Source: Syncephalis fuscata S228
Taxonomy: Eukaryota; Fungi; Zoopagomycota
NCBI GenBank assembly: GCA_025786725.1
Contig: JAHLTZ010000005.1
Span: 124,001 to 188,000 of the forward strand
DNA: 64,000 bases
Direction of reading: 5' to 3'
Each line of letters opens with the position of its first letter. The stretch's first letter is position 1. The notes below the pieces were generated by a model. That model had not been told where the DNA came from. It did not search any database and saw only the letters and a program-made list of their open reading frames with translations. Below, piece by piece: positions 1-12,290 of this stretch. The translations under genes were made by a program, and so were the position numbers.

Positions 1-1050
1 CGCAATTATTAACTATACAACTGAATAAAATATACAGACATCGAACTTACATTATACATAAGCGCCAGTTCACCAAAACTATCACCTGGACCCACATCCA
101 CCACCTTGTTATCATTAACAAAGATATCAAATGTGCCGCTATCAACTACGTAAAAATTATCGCCTTCTTCGCCCTGTTTGATTACTACTTCACCGACAGA
201 TACCTTTTTTTCAAACATAGCATCCACCTAAATAATTACTATTAATAATGCATAGCTACTAAAACATAATAGGCATAACTGACCACAGGACGTCGCTGTT
301 CAACCTCTAGATTACGAAATAGTAAATTTGAGCCAATGGCCGTCATAATACGATGTCTAGCTTCATCGCTCTTTGGAATAACAATGGTCGGTCCGTCGTC
401 ATCTTTATCGGTCATCGATAATGATTCGGCACTAACTGATCCACGTCGATTGAACTTGAATGCCACATCATCTGATCCATGAGCAGCTTGGAAGCGTTGA
501 GTAAAGCTCTTTTTTCCTAGTCCTGTAGGTTGCTGGAGTACAGTAGTAGTATACCTATTTAAATAAATAAAAAGTCAAATTATTTAATTAGTTAATATAC
601 ATCAACCACATTGTACACTCTCTGTCTTACGCAAATGGATCTTTTAATTGGTTTCAATTCGTTAATAAACATTTGACTGTTAATCATCTATTAATTATAA
701 AACATTGCTATAATAATTACCTGGATCCGACGATAAACGACGAGGTAAACCAACACGTTGAGTATTATTCGCCTGTTCCACTACTTTATTAATTACACTT
801 TTTTATTAGCTACCATCTTCCACTTGCCTCTGCTAATGTGGCCGCCCTTTCTTTAAGCTGTTCCAAAAGAAATGGAATAGGTTCATTGGGCTGTTGCAAC
901 AATAAAGTTACCAACAATTCCTATTATAATTGTATGAATTAATTGTATAACTGCATTCCTAATTATCACTACCTTAAATAGTACATCCAATTGATGCTTT
1001 TCAATATATTGCCTAGACGGCGACTCTTTTTCTCTAATACGCGATTGCAT
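1..1050 (-). CDS. PKAR: cAMP-dependent protein kinase regulatory subunit (multi-exon; runs off the left edge of the window)
   Basis: ATG at 1050 gives [26 protein letters not shown]|[18 protein letters not shown] (dimerisation/docking helix). Inhibitor site RRGSVSAES and cNMP-binding motifs [11 protein letters not shown] and [10 protein letters not shown] follow. Confidence 0.93.
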
Positions 1051-1356
1051 CTTGCTGCTTGTTTTGAAATTGCTTTAATTATAGTAGGAATGTAAAGGAA
1101 AGGATGAGCAAGCGAACAACTAGCAATGTGAAGTTGTTGAAAGCCCGTCTGAGAGCGTTTACACAGTAGACTCCGCCGTTCGACGTGTTCGAAAGACGTT
1201 TAAACGTGAGAACTCGGCGGTTCTATTCACTAGACATGAATAGTAAAGTGGCCACACTTCATTGACAATAGCCATGGCCATATGACTCAATCAATTAATA
1301 GCACTCAAATAAAGGTATTTTCAATGTTCAACTATATACAACTACTACATACAAAC

Positions 1357-1395
1357 ATAACTAACTAACTAACTATCTATCTATCTATCTATCCA
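1357..1395. repeat. Compound microsatellite (ACTA)n(TCTA)n
   Basis: taactaactaactaactatctatctatctatctatctatc seen directly. Confidence 0.85.
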
Positions 1396-1478
1396 TCAAC
1401 ATAATAATATACACGTCATCTCTATATCATAGCAAAAGTCAGTGTTGGTGTCAACATTGAATATTCATTGTAAAACAT

Positions 1479-1998
1479 TTAAGAAGCATCATCGCGCTTG
1501 GCAACATATTCAATGGCTTGTCCCACTGTCTTGATGTTGTCGGCATCTTCGTCAGGAATTTCAATACTGAATTCGTTTTCGATATGCATCACCACTTCTA
1601 CCGTGTCCAAACTATCTAGCTTGAGATCTTCGGTAAATGAAGCCGACTTATTAACCTATCAATATTATCACGTCATTAACGACGCGTTACAATACTTGTT
1701 AGTTGACATTCCAACAAACACACACTCTATAACAATCGTCTATTCTCTCTCTCTCTATTTTTCTTGTTATCTATGATAGATATCTAGATTCACTACTTAC
1801 TGCATCGGGGTTAATGCCTTCAAACGCCTTAATAATATTGAAAACGCGATCGGTAATCTCCTCGCTGCTCAAACCCGTTGTTGCGGCATACCAACGCGCC
1901 GCCATTGCAGGAAGAATACGCGGGGCCAGTGGATTCGCTTGACGCTGCACTGAGCGCAGAAGAGCATGGCCTGCTGGTCGGAGACTACTAAAGTTCAT
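1479..1998 (-). CDS. ACP1: Mitochondrial acyl carrier protein (NDUFAB1/ACP1), 2 exons
   Basis: Exon 1 1998-1801 (presequence plus [14 protein letters not shown]), GT-AG intron 1800-1656, exon 2 with [29 protein letters not shown] containing the phosphopantetheine DSL motif. Confidence 0.95.
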
Positions 1999-2202
1999 GC
2001 TGGAATGTGAAGGACGTCAGCAACAAAGATCAAACAAATAGAAAAAGGAGAGGTGGAACCAATAAATGAGTGTGTAGCAAAAGGAAGAAAACACTTTTTC
2101 CTTCTGTTTCTCTAGTATTACCGGGAAAAAGCTACCTTTAGACCACAGTCGCTACCTTTTAGCAAACACATTGACATAGTAATAACTGTATCGTATATTC
2201 CT

Positions 2203-2436
2203 ATGGAGCCTCGATGTCCAGTCTGTCAAGCGCCACTAATAGCTGCGCTTATTCATTTTGAAGAACGCTTTACCATGTGTAGCAATACAGAGGTACGATA
2301 GATACTAATAGCAATAGTATTATAATTATTTAACATTTCCTATTAGTGTCCATTTCCATTTAAAGAGGACGATATTAATCTTTTTATTGCATCAACAAAG
2401 AGTAGTACGCCAAAATCAAAAGGAAAACGCAAATAG
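2203..2436 (+). CDS. 59-aa C4 zinc-ribbon microprotein, 2 exons (absent from the ORF track)
   Basis: 2203-2292 plus 2347-2436 joined by a clean GT-AG intron: MEPRCPVCQAPLIAALIHFEERFTMCSNTE|CPFPFKEDDINLFIASTKSSTPKSKGKRK*. Confidence 0.7.
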
Positions 2437-2537
2437 TAATAAGAATAGTAGTAACAGTAATCAATGCACGTATACATAAATGATGTAGATAGAAAGTAAA
2501 AAGTACAGCTATTATGTGATTAACACAGATTATTGAT

Positions 2538-5034
2538 CTAACTAGCCGCATTATCTAAATAACGTGCTAATTCCTATAGTAGATGAATAGTTAATTAATT
2601 AATTAATTATTATATAGTATTATTAATGCTACAACTATACTTGTACTTACCTCCTCTAAAATACCAACACTACTATTGGTTCGTTCAAATAATTGTTTAT
2701 AATTACGTAACGTGGCTTGAATAACTTGATCTCGATTACGATTGCCATCGCAAATTAGCTTTAAATCTTGTTCCATCTAATAGATATGATACAAATAATC
2801 GTTATTTACCAATAAACGCTATTAAATGACAATTACAATACCTGTCGACGTAGTAATGGTTTAGTTAAAGAGTGTTCGAGGTCAATACGGTCATAGCCGC
2901 GTACAAGTCCAATGCCTAATGTCGATGGATAAAAAAACCCATTTTGTTTAAATACATATTCTCTATCTATAACCTTCTTGATATGTTCGTGAATAGTCGC
3001 ATCAGTACCTAGTAATTAATAATAATAATAATTAATAAATAATATAGTGTCAATATACTCGGCTTACCAATACCATTGGCATCCATCATTGCAATAAGAT
3101 CAGCTTCACGTAGCAGAGCAGGTGCACTAGTTCTGCCTTCTGTCATCATTATTTCATTAGGCATAAATGTTTCGCCTTGCTCGAAATTTGGTATTAAACG
3201 CGTATTCCATTTCTCGTATGGATAAACATCGAGATAATTCTTTGCATCAACTATTAATCCTAAATAGCAATATTATATTAATATTAATATAACTAAAACT
3301 ACTAACTGTATTTACCTTTGGTCCAAAAGACTTCTCCAGTAATATCAACTTCTACTCGTGTTTCTCGTCCCCGTGCATCTTCCGAACAACAGGCTAGAAA
3401 TCGACGTGTAACAAATTCAAATACACTCTTTTCATGCTGTGTTAAATCAGCTGCATTTCCCGTTGGATGAATTGGTGGATGAGCTCGGTCATCGTCTTTT
3501 CCTTGACGGGGTGCTTTGAATCCACCATTGATTAAACTAAATAAGTTGTATTAACATTGTTTAATTCTATATATTGTATTAAACACCATGTTGTTACTTA
3601 CCGCTGAGCATAAGATCCCCATGATGGATCATTAACCTGTCGTTCAATCATGGTTGTAAATGGAAATGATGGATCAAATTTATTTGTTTCTGTACGTGGA
3701 TAACTAATAAGACCACGGATATATAGTGATTCAGCTGCCTAACACTATAGCATTTATAAAATGTCAAGTATAATATAACTTTACACTTACTGTCATCGCC
3801 TGACTTGATGACATATTTAGGAACCGTGAGGCATTTTTCTGTAATTCTACTGTGGTAAGTGGTAATGGCTTCCTATTTTCAGGTTTATATTATAATGATG
3901 GCAGTTTATACAATTGTATTTACCATTTAGAAGTTGCTCGTGATCGTACAGATAGCACGGTGGCAGTGGGCTCTTCCACACATGCTTCATACAATACCAT
4001 ACAAGAAAGTCGATCAAATAGATGGACACGGCGCCATAGAAAGCTAACCTGGGCATCTTCACGTTCCAGACGTACTTCAATCTTCCAAAACGTCTGTGGC
4101 ACAAAGTTTTCCACTTTTAAAAAACGATCTACTACAAATCCTAACGTAGGGAATTGACACCCACCTAGTCATCAATTAATAATATTAACAAATAGTTTAC
4201 TACTACTAGTTATTGACTACTGACCATAGCTAATAACGCGTTTACCAAGAAGTGGGAAGCGTCGTTGCAGTCTCATGGTTTGAAAGCGTGTAAATATGGC
4301 ACCAAGTCGTAGATCTATTTCACGGCGTGTATCCACTGCATTGACTAGTCGCATGTCTAATTCAGTAGGTGATTGGCAGGCTCGATTAATATCCCTATAA
4401 TCGCTCGATATTAATACAAATAACGTCCTTTGATAAAATAATGGTTATAAATACTGACCGAGCATTAACGACTGAGAATCGTGGTCGGCGTAGTATTAAT
4501 CGTGGGTTGGCCTGAAGACATGCTTGAGCAATCTCATAGGCAATGTTTTCGCCCTCTCGGTCACAATCGGTCCATAAATACAACTGTTGGGCACGTCGTG
4601 CTTTGTCAAGTAAATTCTTATGAACATCTTTCATATTCTATCATGGCTAGTATAAGTATATGTTATGTATCCTTTATTTCCATCTAATGGATATGACTGT
4701 TACTTACTTTTGAAATAGTACGCTGAATAGGTACTTCGAATAATATACTGGGTGGCCAGTTGGACCATTGGCGATACTCGGACGAGAAGTCATCTTCGGT
4801 AAGATGTCCAAGCACTGAAGTCATCACCATACTACAGACCTGAGTTCCTATACGATAGGTAAAATGAAAGTTTTTATTATACTTGGCACAGCTTTGTTCC
4901 TAATTGTAGACTTTAGTTACAGGTATGAATCTGCGCAACTGTAGCTATATTACCATTCTCATTTCACCTTGCGACAGAATCTGTGCAATTGACCTGGCCA
5001 TAGTTGGCTTTTCGGCCACATGAAGAATATGCAT
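2538..5034 (-). CDS. TOP3: DNA topoisomerase III (type IA), about 12 exons, short yeast-like C-terminus
   Basis: HVAEKP TOPRIM start, WTDCDREGENI, catalytic GLISYPRTET, AHPPIHPT, GIGTDAT; stop at 2538. Confidence 0.95.
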
Positions 5035-5051
5035 GACGGACAAAGATGAAA

Positions 5052-5084
5052 ACGCGTTTGTTACAGAAAAATAACAAGACGCGT
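5052..5084. promoter_or_regulatory. Two ACGCGT (MCB-like) boxes just upstream of TOP3
   Basis: ACGCGT at 5052-5057 and 5079-5084, within 50 nt of the TOP3 ATG. Confidence 0.4.
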
Positions 5085-5308
5085 CTGAATCAAATGTTAG
5101 TGCAACATTAAAGACACGTAAGTGTGGTAGCAAATCACCACTTTAACATTTCACAAATGGCTAAAATTTTTATTAATGAACAGTAATAATAAAATACTTT
5201 TATTCTTTCTAATTTATACATTTAAACAGCTATTGAATGATCATTAATAAATGGCTATTTAACACTATGAATTAAAGCATAAAATTATTCATATAGAAAT
5301 AATATGGT

Positions 5309-6944
5309 TTACTGTCTCAATATCAACGAAATCGTCACACCTATGGCTGCACCCCATTGAACACCTAATAGAAAAACAGCCATAAAAGTGGTCATCCAAA
5401 TATACCAGGCTATTCTATCACTGGACCAAAGTACTTGTACTTGATTCAATTGTCGTAGAAGACCACGGCAAGCCAGTAAGATAACTGCAGCCAGTACTGT
5501 TCGCGGCAGTGAATAGAATACTGGAGCCAGCCATAGTAGTGTTAGTATTACCATACCACCACTAAGAAGGCCGGTGACCTGTGTTTTGCCACCCGTGGAT
5601 GCCACAACAGCTGAACGAGTCAATGAGCCACAGCTTAAATAGCAGGAGAAGAAAGCACCACCTATACTTGATAGGCCAATGGCTACTAATTCCTGGCTTT
5701 CGTCAATGCTGTATATAAACTCATTAGCAAATGTTTTTGCAATAGACAAGGATATAACTGAGCCAATACAGGCAATCATAATGGCCGGCCACAATAATCC
5801 CCGTATGGCCAGTAAATTAGTAATGCCAATGGGTGATGCTAGAGGTGGTAGTCCAGTTGGTACAGATCCAACAACAGCAATATTATAGCGTGATTTCCAA
5901 TCCAGCATTGATGAAAGCATAATAGCGCCACTAATTGCTATTAACACATCAGGGATAGGTATACGTGTTAATGCTTGGCGCACTCGACGCAATTGTCCCG
6001 TCACTTCTCCAGAAAGCAGCCCAGTTACTTCAGTTGCTTGTCTACCAATGCTATTAGACACATTTGACTGTAATCGTTGCTTGCGATACTGTTCTAATCG
6101 ACCAAGTAACAACATAATAGCCAGTGTTGTGCATCCAATCACTGTAGTCGGTAGATGAATATTCCACCAATGAAAAATGACATATCGCCACGTATAAAGC
6201 AGTTCACCAATAACTCTGGGTTCCTTGGGGATACTGAGTCCAAATAGATTTGATAGCTGTGATGTACAGATGTGGAATGCTGAAGCGGTAGTAAATGCTG
6301 AGATAAATGCGTTAGGCATTAATGTATCAGAGAAACGGCCAATACGTAGCATGCCCATAATACACTGTGCCACGCCTACAAGAAACGATAGCGTTAAAGC
6401 GACGCTAACATACTCAGTGTTTTAAAAGCATCTAGGTCGACAAGCAATGCTACATCGTTTACTGCTTTGTGTGCACCATTTAGATATTGATTGACTGCTT
6501 GACCTAATAGTAAAGATGTTCTAAAGTGCCAAATTGAGTTATTATTGTAAATTGAATATTATCAACTTACAGGGCAAATGTACCAGTATTCATGTGTCGG
6601 CTCGTTCCTAAACATGCATAGATGCCCACTGGTATGGTCGATGCGTATAAACCGTAAACAGGTGGCAGTCCTAATACAATATATATATATATAAATATAT
6701 TATACCAATAGTTCAGTATTTAAACTAATAAATGTTTAATTGACTTACCGGCCAGCATGGCATAGGCCATACTTTGCGGAATAACAATGGTAGCTAGAGC
6801 TATTACAACAGTTAATACTATGTCTATTAGGTTCTACTAGTATTTACTTAGGCCGGCAATAACATCAGATACACCACATCGTTTCCAGTTATATGTAGGT
6901 AGCCATTTTAATATAGGTATGGCTCTATATAAACGTTGTGACAT
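5309..6944 (-). CDS. SLC26/SulP anion (sulfate) transporter, no STAS domain visible; one apparent frameshift near 6420
   Basis: IPILKWLPTYNW, DVIAG, IPQSMAYAMLAG, GLPPVYGLY, QELVAIG, GSLTRSAV, GGKTQVTGL motifs. Confidence 0.9.
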
Positions 6945-7317
6945 TGGACCCACTTTACAAACAGCGCCAGTATTATATAAACGCTGCGAGAAGAGGAAAA
7001 CAAGCTGTAATGAATATACTACTACTATGAAAATACAGTAACAGCTATAAACATATAAATGTGTGTGGAAATTGAATAAAAATGACTCCGGTATTTTTTT
7101 ATTGGTTGTAAAGTCAATTATTTATAGCTGTTTCTGCACGAGTGGAAAATGGTATCTGGAATGTGTACAGTTACAATGATTTATTGTGGAAAAATCAGCT
7201 AATTGCTATTACCAAATATGGTAATAGCGAAGTTAATATTCAATTGGAGGTATGATCCGTTTATCGAAAAATGATTGTCGCTTTTGTTATTTTCCCATAG
7301 TATTTCGAGTTTTAACC

Positions 7318-8819
7318 ATGAATGCTGAACAAGATGACGAAATGACTGCATTAAAAGTACGTTTTTTGGTATGAATAATGAGGCCTTGGTGATTAACGTC
7401 ATATTTACGACAACTAGGCCATTTATGGCGACGAATTTGAATATGCACGGAATGCGGCGGGAGAATATTCTGGCAAGTTAACAATTAACGTTAATGTGCC
7501 ATCCGATGCATCCGTGCTGGTTGCTGGCTCAATACAGCATGATAGTAGCAATGGTGTTCATAATGAAGATGCAGTAATACGTCGTATATCTTCATTGCCG
7601 CCAATTACACTGTTTTTTACACTGTCCGCTAATTATCCTAAACATACGCCGCCACATTTGACCATTGCTTGTATATGGCTTAGTGTGGAACAGCGTAATG
7701 AACTGGAGAAGCAAATGGTTAAAATATGGGAGCTAGAGCCGGATGTAGTAAGTGTAATGATAGTATGGTTATTGCTTTATATTTATTGGCCAATGTGATA
7801 GATTTTATTTCAATGTGCCGATTTGTTGCAGCAGGATATTATAAGTACAATTAATATTTCATTTCCACTTATATTAGCAGATGGTAAGTAGCAAATATCT
7901 AGTTTGAATAGTTAATCATTGATGTAATTATTAATGTATAATATTAGAGGTGGTACCGATGGTTATTAAAAATGATCAGGCAAAAGAGCAACAGCATTTT
8001 GACGAAACACGCCACTATTGCTCAATCTGTCTGGAGGGTAAACTGGGCCAAGCATGCCATTCATTACCTTGTGGCCATGTATTTTGCCGGGCTTGTCTAG
8101 TAGACTTCTTTACTTTATTGATCAAAGAAGGCAATGTAATGGCTGTGCAATGTCCAGATACGGCTTGTATTAAAAGTCGTAGCAAATTATCGCCCAGCGA
8201 TATTGAAACACTGGTTGGCCCAGTTTTATATCAGCGCTATCAAGATTTAATAGAAAAAAATGCGCTTGAAACAGATTCATCAATCACTTGGTGTCCACGT
8301 CGTACATGCCAGGGACCAGCACGTAAAGATACAGATTATGAAAAGCTGGCCATTTGCCGAAAATGCCAGTTTGCATTTTGCTTCTACTGTCGGCATTCGT
8401 GGCATGGCGTTGGCCAATTTTGCGCCATTGATAACCAACAGCGTATTGTAGAAGAATACGAGCAGGCCAATGTCGAAACAAAGCGACGTATGGAGCTTCA
8501 ATATGGTACTTCTACACTTCAACGCATTATTTCAGATGTTGAACGGCAGAGAGAAACAAAGCAATGGATTGAAAATAACACCACTGTCTGTCCAACGTGC
8601 CTTTTGAATATTGAAAAAGCATTTGGATGTAATCATATGCAGTGTTCGATGTGTGGTACGCATTTTTGCTATCTTTGCGGCTCATGTTTGACAGCCAACA
8701 GCGCATTATATCACTTCAATACACCAGGCAATAGATGCTTTCAACGATTGTTTGAAAATTTAGGAGCAGATGCTGATCAGCTTGCCTTTGAGATGGCCGC
8801 AGCCATGGATGATCGTTAA
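7318..8819 (+). CDS. RWD-RBR E3 ubiquitin ligase (RNF14/Itt1-like)
   Basis: MNAEQDDEMTALK|AIYGDEF RWD start, NYPKHTPP motif, RING1 CSIC..CGHVFCRAC, IBR WCPRRTC..FCFYCRHSWH, RING2 CPTC..IEKAFGCNHMQC. Confidence 0.92.
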
Positions 8820-9717
8820 AACAATGATGTCTATTATTGGCAGTAAATATTGATCAGCCAATCTATAGAATACATAATACTAAAATGTGAAAATAAAATA
8901 TACAATTATACACGCATTGATAAATAATACTGTTAATATTCTAACACTGTGGTTATATTGCTATGCTAGTGAAACTAAGCGCTATATCATATGTGAATGG
9001 ACGCATGAATAATATATGTATTGGATAGCAACACTAATTGCTAACAATAAACAACTATTATAGGGATATAGCCAGTAAATATTTATTAATTGTTGACATA
9101 CGATTGAAGGTATAAGCCAATAACTTTTTGTTAATAATTAGATGAATAAAGCATTCAGGTTTTATTATTAACTATATTTACTATATAATAATGTTATTTT
9201 ATTTAGTATCAATAGAAATTATATAGATTCTAGTTCTATCTTATCTCTATTTAGTTTCATACAAGTTATTTGGCTTATTATATGTAAACTGTAGTAATTA
9301 ATGACTAATAAGGAATAATTTATCATTAAAATAATATTAATTAATTAACACATTGTATTCTGGGAGTTAAGGTAAGCGTTAATATGCATCATAATTAATG
9401 TTATAGAATAACGCTAGAATAAGGTGTTGCTTAGTCATCTAAGTTATGGTTTCTAAAACTAGAAATGGAACAGTATTTCGAATAAAAACGGCAACAAACA
9501 TGCAAATAAACAGCCTATTGTTATTATTTTGAATATTATATTGCCAGTAATGCTGTGACGTTTCTAAATCAAAATAAAAATTAAAAGGGAGTTATTATGT
9601 CTAATCATAGTAATCAACAATTGTCTTAGAAACATAGCAAGCTAGTTGATATTAATTATTCTCCAGTCCTACAATTACAAATATATTATAAACGTGTACA
9701 TTCTTTTGAATAATCAA

Positions 9718-11769
9718 ATGTCGACTCCCTCCAAACTCAATTCTGCTTTTGATATTCCAGTTCTTTTCTATACCATTACTGGGGCCCTTGATTTTATTTA
9801 TGTTGTAGATTTAGCTATTTTTCTTTATCTTGCCCGTAAAGAACAGGCACTACAGTATCGTGGTAGATTTCTAGCATGTGTTCATGTTGCCAGCTCAATT
9901 ATTCTTTCAACGGTTACCTTTCTCACCATACCGATTAGAACACTATTTCCATGCAGTGCCCAATATTGGATGACGTCATTGGGAGTCACACTTTGGATTA
10001 CGAGTTTGGGACTCAAGTTCTGGCGACTAATTTATTTATACGAATTAAATCGTAATCGCGTTAATACAACGTATAAAAGACAGAGAGAAGTTCAGCGAAG
10101 TTCATCGCAAAACCATGCCGAGCAAATATCGCAGCTATCGACTAATACCAACTTTGGTTTGCGCAATCCCACTACTACGCATGAAACACACGATCCAAAT
10201 GAACGGTCAGCGTCGTCTCTGCCAAATACATTAAATACAAACGATACTGAGAACACCAATGATGCATCAGACAGTTCTCTGGAACGTTTGTTATCTTTTC
10301 AAGCTAGGCCAAGGAAAAATACACCGTTACCGGTTGCCCAAAATGAAGATATACAGTCTACAGCCTCTAGAATAGAAACAGGGGAAATGTCACAAACGTC
10401 AACTAATGCTTTTTCTGGCAATTGTTGCCCTAGCAGACAAAGTACCAACATTTTATCGCTTTTTCTGAAACAAACTAATAGGTATGTACGATGGCTGGTA
10501 CGTCAACTTGTTAGTATTCGAATGCTACAGCCAAAATACCAAGTCCATTTTGTTGGAGGGGTATTTTTTCTAAGTGTCGTAGTCACTACAGCACTTGCGC
10601 TTTTAAGCCCTAACCTTTCAGCAAGTCCAGGAATATCATTATTGGAATGCAACGCGTCATGGCCGCTTATTCTACCTAATATTGCCGTAACTGTATTTTT
10701 TGTAGTTATCTTTCCTATAATCGGTGTTATTATATGGAATACAACAGATGCCTATGGTATTCGAAATGAGTTTCTTATTCAAGGACTTGTAGGAGTATCT
10801 GGCATGTTTTTTTATATTCTGGTGCGTTATAGTAATGGACAAATATGGGTAAAGGCGCGACATAGCTTCCCCCCGCAACTTCTACCTGAATTTATTCGCT
10901 TTTGTAGTCATGTCATGGCCATTGCATGGCCTGTAATCTATTTACTGTATGAACGTCGTTTATTAAGAAAGGAAAGAAAAAAAGCGGCCATCAAAGTAGC
11001 TGAGTTGGTATCAAGAAGCTTAGTAGGCGAGGCTAGCGACTTCCAACTTTTTATGGAGGCATTAGATAACTCACATTTTCTAAAAGCGGTAGGTAGAGCA
11101 ATGGCCGGATATTTAAAGCTTAGATCTTAATGAATCTTCCAGTTATATCAATATTCTGTTCGTGAATTTACAAGTGAAAATCCAGCATTTCTTAAGAGAT
11201 TACGCAATTTAGAAGAACTACTGATCATTAGGTGCCCAGTCAATTCCACATCGTATTACAAAAATTTAATACAGCGACTGGCTATTTATGAAAGGCCTAC
11301 CGGTTCATTTCCAAGTTTATCTGCCAATGTTAATAGAGCACCGGAACATCACGTAAATGAACCACCTAATGGCATCTCACATCGTCGCTTGGGAACATTG
11401 ACTGAAGGCGTTCCAGTGGCACATATTGACGATGCTGGCACAACAAATGTTCGTTCGTCGGATGAAAGTAGCAATACTCTTGGTAATCAAATTAGGATCA
11501 GAACAACGCCTCAGCAATCTTTTGATAATATAGAAGATGCATTAAATGCCGAAGTACTAAACAAGGAGCTTGTTATGCTTTATAACGAATACATTTCTCC
11601 ACACGCACCCAACGAACTTAATCTCACAAGCGACTGTAGACATGCTTTGATGCAGGCATACGAACAAAACCAATTAACATTTGAGGCTTTTGAGCCAGCA
11701 CGTTATGAAGTTTTGCAGCTAATTTTTCTAAATACGTGGCCACGCATGCTTCGCTCGCAAATGCATTAG
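9718..11769 (+). CDS. 7TM-RGS protein (GprK/AtRGS1-type), intron 11089-11142
   Basis: Seven hydrophobic helices and DAYGIRNE before TM6. After splicing, YSVREFTSENPAF and YNEYISPHAPNELNL...FEPARYEVLQLIFLNTWPRM form an RGS domain. Confidence 0.85.
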
Positions 11770-12290
11770 ACTGTTAATATCCATATTACTTTAGTACATG
11801 ATAACTAATTTTAACTTGTATTTCTTGCACATATTGCTTCTAGCTTTCGTTTCGGAGGTGACTGCAGTTGTATTATACATTAATCCTTGGTAGAATAAAA
11901 TAACTATGTGATGATATACGCTATTCATTAAAATCATAGCACATCAAAATATCTATTTGTATTAAATGGCATACAAGTACAACGTAAAAAGCATTTTGTC
12001 ATAATTTGTGGCCAGCTATTTAGTACAACTAATAGATAAAGTTAAAGAAACATTGAACCAGGCATCCATTTCATACTAAATTAGATATTTAATGTAAATA
12101 TATCGCATCTCAATAGCGTGTAATACCATTTAATTACTATTTTGAAAACGCTTAAATGCACAGTATTAGTAATTTACACATCTAGAACATCAAATACTTG
12201 ACTGATAGTTTAATGAGCTATTTGATTTTTATATTTAAAATGGTTAGTGTGGAATAGTTTGTGTTGAATATTTGTAACTAATTTATTTAT

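Noticed and set aside
2203-2436. Zinc ribbon as the missing C-terminal zinc finger of TOP3
   Set aside because: It is on the opposite strand, and TOP3 has its own stop at 2538
7082-7313. Spliced uORF upstream of the RBR ligase
   Set aside because: Intron-like signals exist, but no ATG frame yields a convincing peptide; at most these are 5' UTR introns
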